DNA from: Eledone cirrhosa
Lineage: Eukaryota
NCBI GenBank assembly: GCA_964016885.1
Contig: OZ024741.1
Span: 329,778,001-329,842,000, forward strand
Direction: 5' to 3'
Length of the DNA stretch: 64,000 bases
The translations under genes were made by a program, and so were the position numbers. Positions 25,861 through 39,214 of the stretch are shown one piece after another. The notes below the pieces were generated by a model. The model was not told the DNA's origin, did not search any database, and was given only the letters and a program-made list of their open reading frames with translations. Position 1 is the first letter of the stretch; each line of letters begins with the position of its first letter.

Positions 25861-27271
25861 AAAAAGAGTTGAGACCGACGGCTGAGCTCTTGCCGTTTCA
25901 ACAGTTAGTTCCAAACTGATTGCCAAAAAGGCTCACGGTAATCCAAGCCACACATCCAACTCTTAAGCCATACAGGATTACTCCTAAATAGGTTCGCACC
26001 ACAACACCAATCCAATAGCAGCATTAAAACGACAATACTCATTCAGGGACTCTATTATAGGACTATTAATATCAAATTGCGCGAGTTCACATAGGCTCCC
26101 AAGATAAACTTAGGCCACCTGTATTGCATAACAAATAAATAATAATTATCCACACCACCTCTCTCTTTCACAACAAATACAAAAAATGTCCTCACCACCA
26201 CTCACAAACAACCGCTCACACATACTCAAACCCACATACATACAATCACACTAAGCACCTTATATATACACACATACGCATCCCTACCATCGACATACAT
26301 ACACGCCTTTTGACTCCATAGTACTAGAACTCATCTAAATTAAAACATTAAAATATAAAAATTTAATCCGCCCGTAGTATAAGGTATTTTAAGTGTTTCG
26401 CAAAATAACCAGTAACAGTTACAATAAATCTAATTAAACACCCACTGTAACACATAGGCACCTATGACAATCTTAGGTCTACTATATGGCAGAACACACT
26501 TGTAGATTGCTAAAATCCCATATACATACAAATATAATAGTGCCATACACACATTCGTACCTACAACTTCTCCACACACACATGCATTAAAATTTAATTA
26601 AAATGTTTTTGTTTATTTTTATGTATACTTCTACCCGTAATTTCAGGTAAATTAAGTGTTAGCTTAGCAACTAGTGACAAATACAACAAAAAGAACTCGA
26701 ACTAATACACTCACTCGAAACTACAACAACAACAATTTTTATATCGATATATTTAATTTGTAAATGGGTGACCGTGCTATTATTTGATCAGGAAGCCTCT
26801 TGTGGTGTCAAATCCCTGGTTCAGTTGTCTGCAAACTGCAAACCATCTGTCTACTAGTAGACATACACCCCCACCCCATAAATCTTCGATAAATATAATT
26901 CTACCTCCTCTTAACAATTCTTCCATGTCACCTATCCCCACATAATTAATGAAACATACAGATACACACGGATGTGCACATAAACACACACTTGAACAAT
27001 GACACACCCACACACACACACAACCACTCCCTAAATACATAAAAATGTATATATGTGTATATGATTATATAAAATACAATCAGTTCATTCTAAAACTTTT
27101 CTGCAACATCCTATAAAGAAAATTTACACTTGGATAGACATCTTATACCCTTATATGGACAAGCCACGCCCTTGATAATATGGCAAGTTAACCGTGAGCC
27201 CTTTTGGTAATTAGTCTGGAACTAGCTTTTGAAATGACAAGAGCTCAGCCGTCGTGTTCCGGCTCTTTATA
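25861..27271. mobile_element. 1.4-kb element with ~90-bp diverged terminal inverted repeats containing the 3' half of a hammerhead
   Basis: 25861-25950 and 27181-27271 are inverted homologues; they read GAAACGGC-AAGAGCTCA-GCCGTC (5-bp stem III, GUC). A third partial copy lies at 12565-12610. Confidence 0.6.
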
Positions 27272-27343
27272 ACATATCCATACTTTACTATCCCAAGTAT
27301 CGAGTAAATGATAATAAAAGAAAAAGGGTTCGAAAAGCGCAGC

Positions 27344-27383
<40 letters not shown>

Positions 27384-29349
27384 TTATATATAGGATCTTT
27401 ATAATATGTATAACAAATTGATGTAAGCAAAGCCTGCTTTCTCCATTTTGGATCTTCCAAACATTTGTTGTCAGGTTAAATTATTTTTACGTTAAAACTC
27501 CTGCATGCTGATTTTCGTCCACATCGGTTTTTATCATCATTTTACTTATATAACGTGATCTGTATAGAACATTTCTAACGGCCAGATTTGTTCACTATAT
27601 TATATATATACATACATACACACCCACAAGCGTTGACATTTCTCTAAAATTATATAATTATCTTCAGCATACAAATGTATTTAATATACTGCACAGTAAA
27701 TCATTAGTTTCAATTGTTACATAATTTCCTTTCATTATACCGAATACTTCATCAATGTCTTTCCTTATCTATCTATCTAGTTATGCATCTATGTATGTAT
27801 CTATCTACAAAGCCTCTATGTTATCGCTCAAACTCCTAACAATAGCAGCCAAATCTTCCTCAACTTATAAACACTGGGCAAGTTAGATAGTGTCTATAAA
27901 TCTCTAAACAAACGGGATGGTCACGGCGTAGATCTGGTGTTAAACATCTAGCTATCTATTTATCTATAACACTTTTGTGTATGATAGCAACAACAACAAT
28001 GGATGCAACTTTTTTTTTTTCAAATTAAAAAGCTAAATGGATTCAGAAGAAAAATAATCACATTTCAGCCAAAGCTACGTCCCCCTTATACAAATACACT
28101 ACTTCAACTTGACATAGACTACTTTTTTAGAGAGGGCACGCAAATTCAGTAAACACCGTCCCAACTGCACGCACACATACACAGATAGACACACACACAC
28201 ACATATATACAAACAAATAAATATTTATATATTCAATTATACATATATGTGCGCACATATACACACATATATATATATACACATTTACACTCTATGAATG
28301 AAATAAAAAATTGAATACATGGACGGATGGCAAGATAGATATTTAACAAGATAGATAAATAGCTAGCTAGAGGACTGTACCTAGACACATGTAAGAAAGG
28401 GAGTATTGATTGAGGGGGTGAATGTCTGCTGCTATAATGTTAAGCCTGGCACGCCGTTTCTAGAGGGCTGAGAGCTTCCACACCACCAGTCGATCTGTGT
28501 ATTATTGGGTCCAAGGTTAGTCTTTTGTCTCCGTTTAATGTCTCTGTATGTGTGTGTATGTGGTAGATATTCGTGTAAATATAGAGGGAGCTTGAGAAGT
28601 AGCAAGTGAGACGAGAGGAATATATATGTGTGTGTCTGTGCATACATGTATATCTACCTATATATAAAGAGAGGCTAAGAAATATAGAAAGAGAGCTTGA
28701 GAGATAGACATGCCATCAGAGCAAGGTAGGTTGCCTTATACATGGATACATATATAATGTATATATATATAATATAATAGAATATAATATTATATATAAT
28801 ATAATGTTATATATGTGAATATATGAATATATATGAATGGACTTAAAATTTAGAATCAATAGTGGTCACAGATGCACGTAACACAAGAAAAACCCACCCC
28901 CATTTCTATGCTGCCGACGGAAACTGTTTACAGGTGCTGTTGTTGTTGTTGTTGTTACCGCTGCTGCTGCTGACGCTCTAGTTGTTGTTATTGTTACTGC
29001 TGTATTTGTTGTTGTTAGTACACAAGACACGGCTTTCGTAATGTTGTGTGGCGTTATTCGACCGAAAGAAGATGGTGCGAAAAAGGATAGTTGCATTTGT
29101 GAGCGTAATGGTTGCTTGCTAGAGTTAATAATGGGTCGAATTTGGCAAAGAACCATAACGGTAAATGGTTCTATTTAATGGCAGGAGCGAATGTTGTTGT
29201 TGCTTTCCTTCCTTTCTTCCATCCCGTATTTTTTAAATGTGTGTTTTTGTTTTTTAATTGGCCATTAAGATACATTGCTCAAGCTGTTTGGTCTCACTAT
29301 ACGGCTATCTACACCCTCTGCTAATTGAGTGGTAGTTGCCATTTGCCAT

Positions 29350-29575
29350 CATATATATTATATATATTGAATATATACATATATATATATTGAATATATA
29401 TATATGTATATATATATATTGAATATATATATATGTATATATATATATTGAATATATACATATATATATATTGAATATATACATATACATCTATATTGAT
29501 TATATACATATACATATATATTGAATAGAATATATATATATATATATAGAATATATATATATATATATATATAGA

Positions 29576-29614
<39 letters not shown>

Positions 29615-29672
29615 GAATATGTATATATATAGAATATATATATATATTCTATATATTATATATATATATATA

Positions 29673-29713
<41 letters not shown>

Positions 29714-29886
29714 ATATATATATATATATAGAATATATATATATAGAATATATAGAATATATATATATATATATATATAGAATATATATATATATATATA
29801 TAGAATATATATATATATATATAGAATATATATATATATATATAGAATATATATATATATATATAGAATATATATATATATATATA

Positions 29887-29923
<37 letters not shown>

Positions 29924-29938
29924 ATATATATATATATA

Positions 29939-29972
<34 letters not shown>

Positions 29973-30039
29973 TATTATATATATATATATATAGAATATA
30001 TATATATATATATATATAGAATATATATATATATATATA

Positions 30040-30086
<47 letters not shown>

Positions 30087-30495
30087 ATATATATATATAT
30101 AGTATATATATATATATAGAATATATATATAGAATATATATATAGAATATATATATAGAATATATATATATAGAATATATATATAGAATATATATATATA
30201 GAATATATATATATAGAATATATATATATAGAATATATATATATAGAATATATATATATAGAATATATATATATAGAATATATATATATAGAATATATAT
30301 ATATAGAATATATATATATAGAATATATATATATAGAATATATTTATATAGAATATATATATAGAATATATATATAGAATATATATATATAGAATATATA
30401 TATATAGAATATATATAGAATATATATATATAGAATATATATATATATAGAATATATATATATAGAATATATATATATATAGAATATATATATAT

Positions 30496-30530
<35 letters not shown>

Positions 30531-31160
30531 GAATATATATATATATAGAATATATACATATATATATATATATATAGAATATATACATATATATATATAT
30601 ATTGAATATATACATATATATATATATATTGAATATATACATATATATATATATTGAATATATACATATATATATATATATTGAATATATACATATATAT
30701 ATATATATTGAATATATACATATATATATATATATTGAATATATACATATATATATATATATTGAATATATACATATATATATATATATTGAATATATAC
30801 ATATATATATATATATTGAATATATACATATATATATATATATTGAATATATACATATATATATATATATTGAATATATACATATATATATATATTGAAT
30901 ATATACATATATATATATATTGAATATATACATATATATATATATTGAATATATACATATATATACATATATATATATTGAATATATACATATATATATA
31001 TTGAATATATACATATATATATATATTGAATATATACATATATATATATATATTGAATATATACATATATATATATATTGAATATATACATATATATATA
31101 TATATTGAATATATACATTGAATATGTTATATATATATTGAATATTGAATATATATATAT
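29350..31160. repeat. Compound TA-based mini/microsatellite: (TA)nGAA block then (TA)nTTGAATATATACA block
   Basis: The unit switches near 30550-30600; a short TTGAA block also occurs at 29350-29520. Confidence 0.95.
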
Positions 31161-31344
31161 ATATATGTATATTTAATATATATATGTGTATGTACGTATG
31201 TATGTATATATTTATATATATATGTGTGTGTGTGTATGTATATATTTATATATATATATGTGTGTGTGTGTATGTATATATTTATATATATGTATGTGTG
31301 TGTGTATATATGTATATATTTATATATATATGTGTGTATGTATG

Positions 31345-31379
<35 letters not shown>

Positions 31380-32389
31380 GTATGTATTTGTATATTTATA
31401 TAAATGAATATATATCTATATATATTTGGTTTGGCAACGTTTGGATATATGTAGGGAGTGCTGTTAATAAACACACATTAAAGCGAACATTTAATGATAG
31501 ATCGAATTGAATACTACTTGTATATATACACTCGCTTAGACCATGTATTTTGTATGAATTATATTTCACGATTTATTTTGTAAATATATAACGTGTAATA
31601 TTTCCCATATGTTTCCTTTCCATATCCTTTTCTTTTTTTAAAACTATATATATGCATAATTACATTAACTGGCTGTTACATTTAAGTTTTACATTCGATA
31701 TATTATATATATACACACATCTATATAATTAATTACACACGTACTCTACAAACGTCAACATAATTTTATACATACAAACACACATATATACGGCATATTA
31801 TTGTGATAGCTAATCGTGTTTTACGAAGATTGATTGTATATATATATATATATATATATACTGTTATAGAGTGATTTTGAAAGTTGTGAAAAATAAATAT
31901 ATGATAAAAATAATTGGTTGGTTGAAAGTAGAAGTCAGTGGCGGACATTTTATTAGTCGAGGTTATTGAAAGAGAAACACCGTTCGCTCTAATTTGGCTA
32001 GCTTCACTTTCAGCTGTATTTTATTTATTTATTTATTTAATTGTTAATTAATTTTTTTTTCATTAATTAAGAAATAATGCAATATATATACGTGTGTGTG
32101 TGCAGCATAGTAGCTTCGATAAAATCAATATTGCATCATTGAATTAGAGGGAAAGAGAGAATGGTGGTCGGTAGTGAAGAATCGGGTAGATGTGAATATA
32201 ATGGAAGGAAATAGAAGAGAGAGCTGTGTATACAGGATATGGCGTCATAGACCTTCTTACTTGTGATTGTTGTGGTGATGCTATGATTTTTTTTTACTTT
32301 AGAAATAAAGACAGTAACAAATCCTCAACTCAACTACATAGTTTAGAAATCATGAAAAGAATTCTAAGAGCCAACAAACGTATCATCAT

Positions 32390-32657
32390 ACCATTATCAT
32401 CATTTTACGTCCGTTTCCCAATGCTGGCATGGGTTGGACGGTTCATCACGGTCTGGGACAAAGACAAAACATGGTAGGAGAGTAATGTCTTGCTTATACG
32501 TAACGTATTTTAGTATTGTTTTCACGACGGCTGGATACCCTTCCTAATGACAACCACTGAGTTTACAGTGTATACTAGGTGGGTTTTATCGTGGCATCAG
32601 CACAAGAGACGTTGTCAGTCCCTCCACAAGACCAAATGTTGACTCATTTCGTTTGTC

Positions 32658-32714
<57 letters not shown>

Positions 32715-33700
32715 ATATATATATATCATCACTATTATTTAACGACTTTTCCCTGCTAATAAGGAAACTAAATACACACACACACACATATATATACACC
32801 ATATATATATAATCACCATTTAATGTCTATTTTCCATGTTTGCATGGGTTAAACAGCTGTCACGTGCTGCTTTGTTTTCACGTGGTTTCATTGGCTGGAT
32901 GCCCTTCCTAATGCCAATCACATTACAGCATGTACTGGGAGCATTTTATTGTGACTCCACCTCTACTAACTTACTGGACTTGGTGCTTTTTGCCGTGGCA
33001 CCAACACTACCACTTCACAGAGTGGACTGGATGTATTTGTTTAACGCCTGCTTTCCCTGCTAACACGGGTTGGATGGATCTACATAAACCAAGTCAGTAC
33101 TGAAGCAGGGTGACTGGATTTCCCAGACTGGCCAAATGGCCTGCATCTCGCTTATGTATGGTCATCGAGTGTACAGAAGAGGGTGTCATGGTTTTTGATA
33201 CAAACAGAAGGGTCCTCCTAATCTCTTGTTTGGCAAGATTTCTACAGTTGGATGCCAATCCTAACACTAACCATTTTACAGTGTATACTGGGTGCATTTA
33301 TCACCAACACTAAGGAGACTGTCATGTCCTTGACACAACTGAAGTGTCCTACCAGCCTTTTATTTGACAAGATTTCTATGGTTGGATGCCCTTCCTATCA
33401 TCAACCACTTTACAGCATGTACTGGGTACTTTTATTATGTAGATCACTAACACTAGGGAGCTTGTCATGTCTTTGACACAACTGAAGGATCCTCCCAATC
33501 CTTTGTTTGGCTGGCTTTCAATGGCTGGATGCCCTTCCTATCATCAACCACTTTACAGCATGTACTAGGTGCATTTCTCCTGTAGATCACCAACACTAGA
33601 GCAGTTGTTGTGTTTTTGACACAACTGAAGGGTCCTCTCAACCCTTTTTAAGCATGGTTTCTGCAGTGGGGTGTGCCCTCCCTGTCGCTAACCACCCTTA
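32390..33700. repeat. Repeated RTE 3'-UTR-derived fragments (GGCTGGATGCCCTTCCTA...AACCAC)
   Basis: Motif at ~32530, 32893, 33248, 33380, 33523 and 33668 (last four with ~140-bp spacing); same motif as 48437 and 41838. Confidence 0.7.
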
Positions 33701-33799
33701 CGGCTCTACACAATTTAGTTAGTCTAAAACGTGTTCTAATATTGGGCACATTAGGGCCAAATTCAGGCAAAATTGTTTCAGCATCTTTTTTGTTTTTGA

Positions 33800-34112
33800 A
33801 TTGTTTCAGTTATTAGACTGCAGTGGCCATACTGTGGCATCACCTTGATTCAGTGAATCAGGTTGACCCCAGTACTTATTTTATCCATCTCTCTTGTGTT
33901 AAGTTGTAGGATTTAAACACAACCATAAACATAGACACACATGGACACATGTATACAAGCATCTGCAGTTTCCATCTACCAAATTCCACTCACATAGCAT
34001 TGGTCAACCTGAGGCTATAGTAGGAGAAACTTGCCCAAGGTGCAACACAGTGGGATTGAACCCAGAATCATGTGGTTGCTAAGCAAACGCCTTAACTATA
34101 CAGTAGCCATGT
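33800..34112 (-). mobile_element. tRNA-derived SINE family 3 with a CR1-like LINE tail
   Basis: Minus strand head ...GGTTCAATCCCAC...CACCTTGGGCAAGT; its 3' end (TGTTTCAGTTATTAGACTG...GGCCATACTGTGGCATCACC on +) resembles 63148-63190. Confidence 0.7.
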
Positions 34113-34734
34113 TTTTATAATGTGACTGGAACTATGTCTAGTTCAGGTGCTCTACCGCCTAATATCCTGTACAATTCCTTGCCAAGAAGTTTCATGGGAA
34201 TTATGCACAGATTAAATTTCTTGTATCCTGACATCTTTACATAAATAAACATGTTTTCTAAGTATGAACAGACCATAGGTGTTGCCCTTCCTTCTCTAAG
34301 TGATACCGATAACCGTTTAATGTCCATTTTTCCATGCTATCATGGGTTAGACGAGCTGTCTTGTTATGAGACAAGCCAGGTCATATGATTGAGTCTTGCT
34401 CATACAGAAGTGTTTCTAGCTTGGTTTCTATGGCTTGATGCCCTTCCTAACACCAACCACTTTACATCTAGAATTCTCTATGGTTTAAAATCATCTTATG
34501 ACTATTTCAACCCTAATAGTGATATTTTCAGGAACTGCTTAAATTACAAAAAAGAATTGCTGTTTCTGGAAATACCAGCCCCAGACCTACAGCCAGTGCT
34601 GCAAAACAGACCAAAATCCACTTGAGCAATACTTTACAATATCTTGGTCATTTGTACCTTATAAAGTCTTACAACCTTCTTACTCACGACTGGTTTCATT
34701 TAACATTTTTTCGACATAATGCTCGGGGTCAGGA

Positions 34735-35190
34735 CAGGCTTCTGTCTGCTACTGGTACCATGTAACCCAGTACAACTTGTTTCATGATCAAGGGGTTGGC
34801 AACTAAACTGGCTCCCCCACCAGATCCTGGTCTGGTGCGGAGGGTAAGTGGACCCCAGCAGCATAAAAAAGGACAGATGAACTCCTCAGAGTCAATAGCC
34901 ATCCATCCCAACTATGGGTTAAATAGCCTCACCAACCCACAATTGGTTAAGTGTGGTAAGTACAGCTACACCTTTGACATGACTAAAACCAAACAAAGCA
35001 GTGGAGGGGTTCCTCCAAAAGGAGTAGAAGGCTCTGGATTATATTGGACAGCAACCTGCAATTACCCAACCATGGTGAGTACGGCTACACCCCTGACTTG
35101 ACCAAAACCAAACAAGAAGCAGTAGAGGTCAACCAGGAAGAGGTTCCTCCAACAAGAGTAAGAAGGCTCTGCATTGGATTGGCAACATAA
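34735..35190. repeat. Dispersed ~450-bp repeat, second copy at 37745-38195
   Basis: Colinear blocks CTGCTACTGGTACCATGTAACCCAGTACAAC, CAGATGAACTCCT, TTAAATAGCCTCACCAA and GGTTCCTCCAACA. Confidence 0.75.
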
Positions 35191-36384
35191 CATTCACTCT
35201 TAGAAATGAACAAATTCCTTTATCACACCATTTGATAAACCTTTACTTTCTGATCACAAACATATATACACCTGTTGTTTTTATCATCTTCCTACCTTTC
35301 CTCAAACTCAATGTAAATCTTGTATGTTTGTCTATTATGTACATTCGTATACTCTTCTTGAATCATCCCTCAATCGAAGGTGAAGCATTCATTTTGCTTT
35401 GTGCACCATGTATATACTCTTTATAATTATATAACTTACGTTAGTGGTCAGCCCTTTGTAGAGAGTAAACATCAGTATTAAATTAAATGAACTATGGGAC
35501 GAAATATGTCTGTGTAAGTTCCTATCATTTACATGTCAGAAATATAGTTTTACCTTTTCATACATTTGTATACATCACACACATATACATGCAGAAAAAT
35601 TTATTTTTCTGTTGCATGATCTAGCATTTTAAAATGGTTCTCTCAATTAAATTGTGCGAAACCATTGTGTTGGTTTGTGAGCTGATGAGGGAGAAGATGT
35701 GTGTGTGTGTGTGTAAACTTGTCTTCTACATCTCCTTTCTTTATTTCTTTCTTCCAGTCACTTCTATACACCAGCACACTTCTCCTCGTCCTCCCCCTCT
35801 TTTAATCTTTTCTATATTTCATCTGCCTGTCACCACATTGATAGATGCATTACAAAACAAGGTGGTTATACTGGTGCCACAACAAAAAGCTCTCAGCCCA
35901 CCCTATAAGTTGGTAGTGCTGGTGCTGTGACAAAAAGCACTCAGCCCACCCTATAAGGTGGTTGTGTCACAACAAAAAAGCACTCGGCCTACCCTGAGTG
36001 TTGTATCAACTGAGTTCCCTGTTGTGTAATATCAACTGAGTACTCAGACAAGCAGTAACAACTTGTGTTCTCTGTTGGACAGTTGGGTATTCAGCTGAGT
36101 CGAACTGACTGTTCCCTAATTCTCAGTTGACAAAAGACCTGTCCCTCAGCCAATCAACAGCTACTAATCTTCAGCCAATCAATATCTGCTATTCCTCAGC
36201 CAATCAACAATTACTAACCCTCAACCAATCAACATCTACTCTTCTTTGACCCCATCCCAACAATCACAACTGTTTGTCAATCAATCTGAACACCGGGGTG
36301 GAGTGGTGAGTCTTTAGTTTATATTACATCACCAACATTGCTTGGTGTTAGCGGCTAAAACATTTAACTCTTAAATCATTGACT

Positions 36385-37010
36385 CCACTTAGCTGTATAT
36401 AGATGGGACAGTCCTCTTAGCTGTATATAGATACCACAGATGGAAGAGTCTACCTAGCTGTGTATAGATATCATAGGTGGAACAATCCATCTAGCTGAAT
36501 GTTGAGGCTTATAGATGGTACAGTCTACTTAGCTGTATATAGATACCACAGTGGGGAGAGTTCACCTAATTGTATATAAATATCATAGGTGAAACAGTTC
36601 ATCTCTCTGTATGTAGATATTTCAGGTGGGATAGTCCATCTAGCTGTACGTAGGTACCATAGGTAGGACAGTCCTCCTAGCTGTATATAGATACCACAGT
36701 TGGGAGAGTCCACCTAACTGTATATAGATAATTGTTTCTACTTTAGGCACAAGGCCAGCAATTACCCAGTGCATTACTGGTACTTTATTTTATCGACCCC
36801 GTAAGGATGAAAGGCAAAGTCAACCTCGGCGGGATTTAACTGTATATAGATAATGCAGGTGGGACAGTCCATCTAGCTGTATATAGACACTAGATAGGAC
36901 AGTCCATCTAGCTGTATATAGAGACTATAGGTGGGAGAGTCCACATAGTTGTATGAGACAGCCCACATATCTGTAAACAGCTACCATAGGTGAGACAATT
37001 CACTACTGTA
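36385..37010. repeat. ~37-bp minisatellite (CTAGCTGTATATAGATACCACAGGTGGGACAGTCCA-like) interrupted by a SINE
   Basis: More than ten diverged units visible. Confidence 0.85.
36733..36836 (-). mobile_element. Young 5'-truncated SINE family 1 with 18-bp target-site duplication
   Basis: TAACTGTATATAGATAAT at 36715-36732 and 36837-36854. Confidence 0.9.
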
Positions 37011-37340
37011 AACGCGGAGAGGGGACTGATAAGTGGTTGACTTGTTTTTTCCCTTTTCTTTCAAGACATTTCATTTTTTTTGACAACTTCTGTATCTTGG
37101 TTTTTAGAATAAGTCCAATCCTTGCTGGCAGGGAAAGCAGACATTAAAACGACGATGGTGATGATGTACACCATATCCCTGCATGTTGTAAGAAGTGACC
37201 AAAAGAGTTGATGTCAGAAATAACATCCAGCTGTAAAACATTGCCAGCATGGAAAAATGGATGTAAAAGCAATGATTATGATGATGATTATGAAACTCTT
37301 GTCTTTTCTTTTTCCACTTTCAGGTCCAAGAATCTAAAGG

Positions 37341-37399
37341 ATGGATGAATCAGACCTGGAGATAAGACCTCAAGATGAAGTCTGTGACCTTTCTTCATG
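37341..37399 (+). CDS. First coding exon of the C2H2 zinc-finger gene (MDESDLEIRPQDEVCDLSS-W)
   Basis: Pyrimidine tract plus CAG acceptor ends at 37323; AGGATGG start context; phase-2 donor TG|GTATGA at 37400 joins in frame to the acceptor at 39214. Confidence 0.7.
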
Positions 37400-39063
37400 G
37401 TATGACATGTATTTTATCTATTGAGTCTTCAGTTGAAAGAACAAAGATTTCTTTTGATTGAACATGTAAGAGTCCCAAATACAGAAGATAACTATAATAA
37501 GAGTTGATCACTATAGATAATAGTTGAGAAAATTGGTTAAATTACTCTTAGAGATGGATAAAAATGGATAGAAGCACTACTGTCCACTCTTTATCCAATT
37601 ATCTGTATTTAGTTGTGGTACTATTACAATTTGAATTCAAATCCTATCATAGTCGAGTTTGCTTGTCTTCCTTCCTGGGTAGATAGAATTAAGTACCAGT
37701 TATGCACTGACAAAATTTGAGTCAAATTTTGAGGCTGTGTACTGTCAGGTCAAACTTCTGCCCGCTACTGGTACCATGTAACCCAGTACAACCTGCTTCA
37801 TGGTCAAGTGGATGGCAAACTAAACCAACTCCCCCACAAGACTCTGGTCTGGTCAAATCAGGCTTCTGCCTGCTACTGGTATCATATAACCCAGTAAACC
37901 TGCTTCATAGTCAAGTGGTCAGCGCTAAACCAGCTCCTCCACCAGATACTGGACTGGTGAGGATGGTAAGTGGAATTGCAGTAGCACAAAAAACAAGAGC
38001 TGTTAAAAGGGCAGATGAACTCCTTAGATTCAATGGCTATCCATCCCAACTTTGAGTTAAATAGCCTCACCAAGCTGCAATTGGCCAAGCATGGCGAATA
38101 TGGCTACACCTCTGAATATATGACCAAAACCAAAAGTGGTGAAGGTCAATCAGAGAAGGGTTCCTCCAACAGTAGTAAGAAGGCCCTAGATTGGATTGGA
38201 TTATGTAAAAAAAAAAACTGATATTAATTGATGTAAATAACTTTAAACAGGGATTAAAGTTACCATGTAGAATGAAGTTGGCAGGAATCAATCTCTGGTA
38301 AGGAATGTGGGGTCTGGCAATAAATGAAATATGTAAATAAGAACACCAAAAGCAATTCTCAATGAAAAGAGCAAGCTTCATTTAAACCAGTGATTTTTAT
38401 TTCATTGTGAATGCAAGGGAGATAACTTTTTCTGAACAGGAAGAACCACCTGTTTGAATCACATGTAACTCAAATGAATCTCCCACCTCCTTTCTCTCTC
38501 TTAGTAAAGTAGAGGACTGATCTCAAGCTCAGCAGTTTTGGCTAGCTACCTAAGAAGTAACTAGCCAAGCTTGTGGTAGGTCCTCTACATTCATATACCC
38601 ACTCTGCATCACACCATGTATCAAGTACTTCTCTGATTTCTGGTCTTCCTGGTCCCAGTACCACAGACTATCACTATATATCTATATATCTATAGTCTAG
38701 GTGATTCCTTGAATTACTGGTGGTGGTACCAATATAAGCACTCGATGCAAAGGCAGTGTGTATATAATTAAAAAAAAAAGGTTTTGTTTACATTTCACAG
38801 TTGATTGGCACAAGGTCACCTATGGAGCCAACAAAAGGTTTATGAAGAAGATATGTAGTAGGCAGAATGTATGCACAAAAATATTTTTTAAATGTGTACA
38901 ATGAAAAATATTTGCACTGAATAAAAAGAAAAAAAGAAAGAATCTGATGTTTCAAGTGAAACCATTTATCAAAGCAGAGTAAAAATAGAAAAGGAATAAG
39001 AATGAAATAAGAAATTTGTTAGAACACTATCGAATTAAAACATACACACATATAATTTTACAT

Positions 39064-39099
<36 letters not shown>

Positions 39100-39214
39100 T
39101 TATACGTTTTATGTGTATGTGTTTAAAACGTGTGTATATGCTTGTGTGTATAGATTTATGTACCTATATAAATATGTATATTTACGTAAAAATATCAAAT
39201 ATTTTTTTTTTCAG

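Noticed and set aside
28866-29340. CpG-containing unique stretch with short ORFs
   Set aside because: No recognisable domain or convincing splice pair; partly (GTT/GCT)n.
36385-37010. CRISPR-like regular repeats
   Set aside because: Contiguous diverged units without unique spacers, no cas genes, eukaryotic context.
39111-39214. N-terminus of the 314-aa ORF
   Set aside because: TA/TG-rich intron sequence upstream of a strong acceptor.
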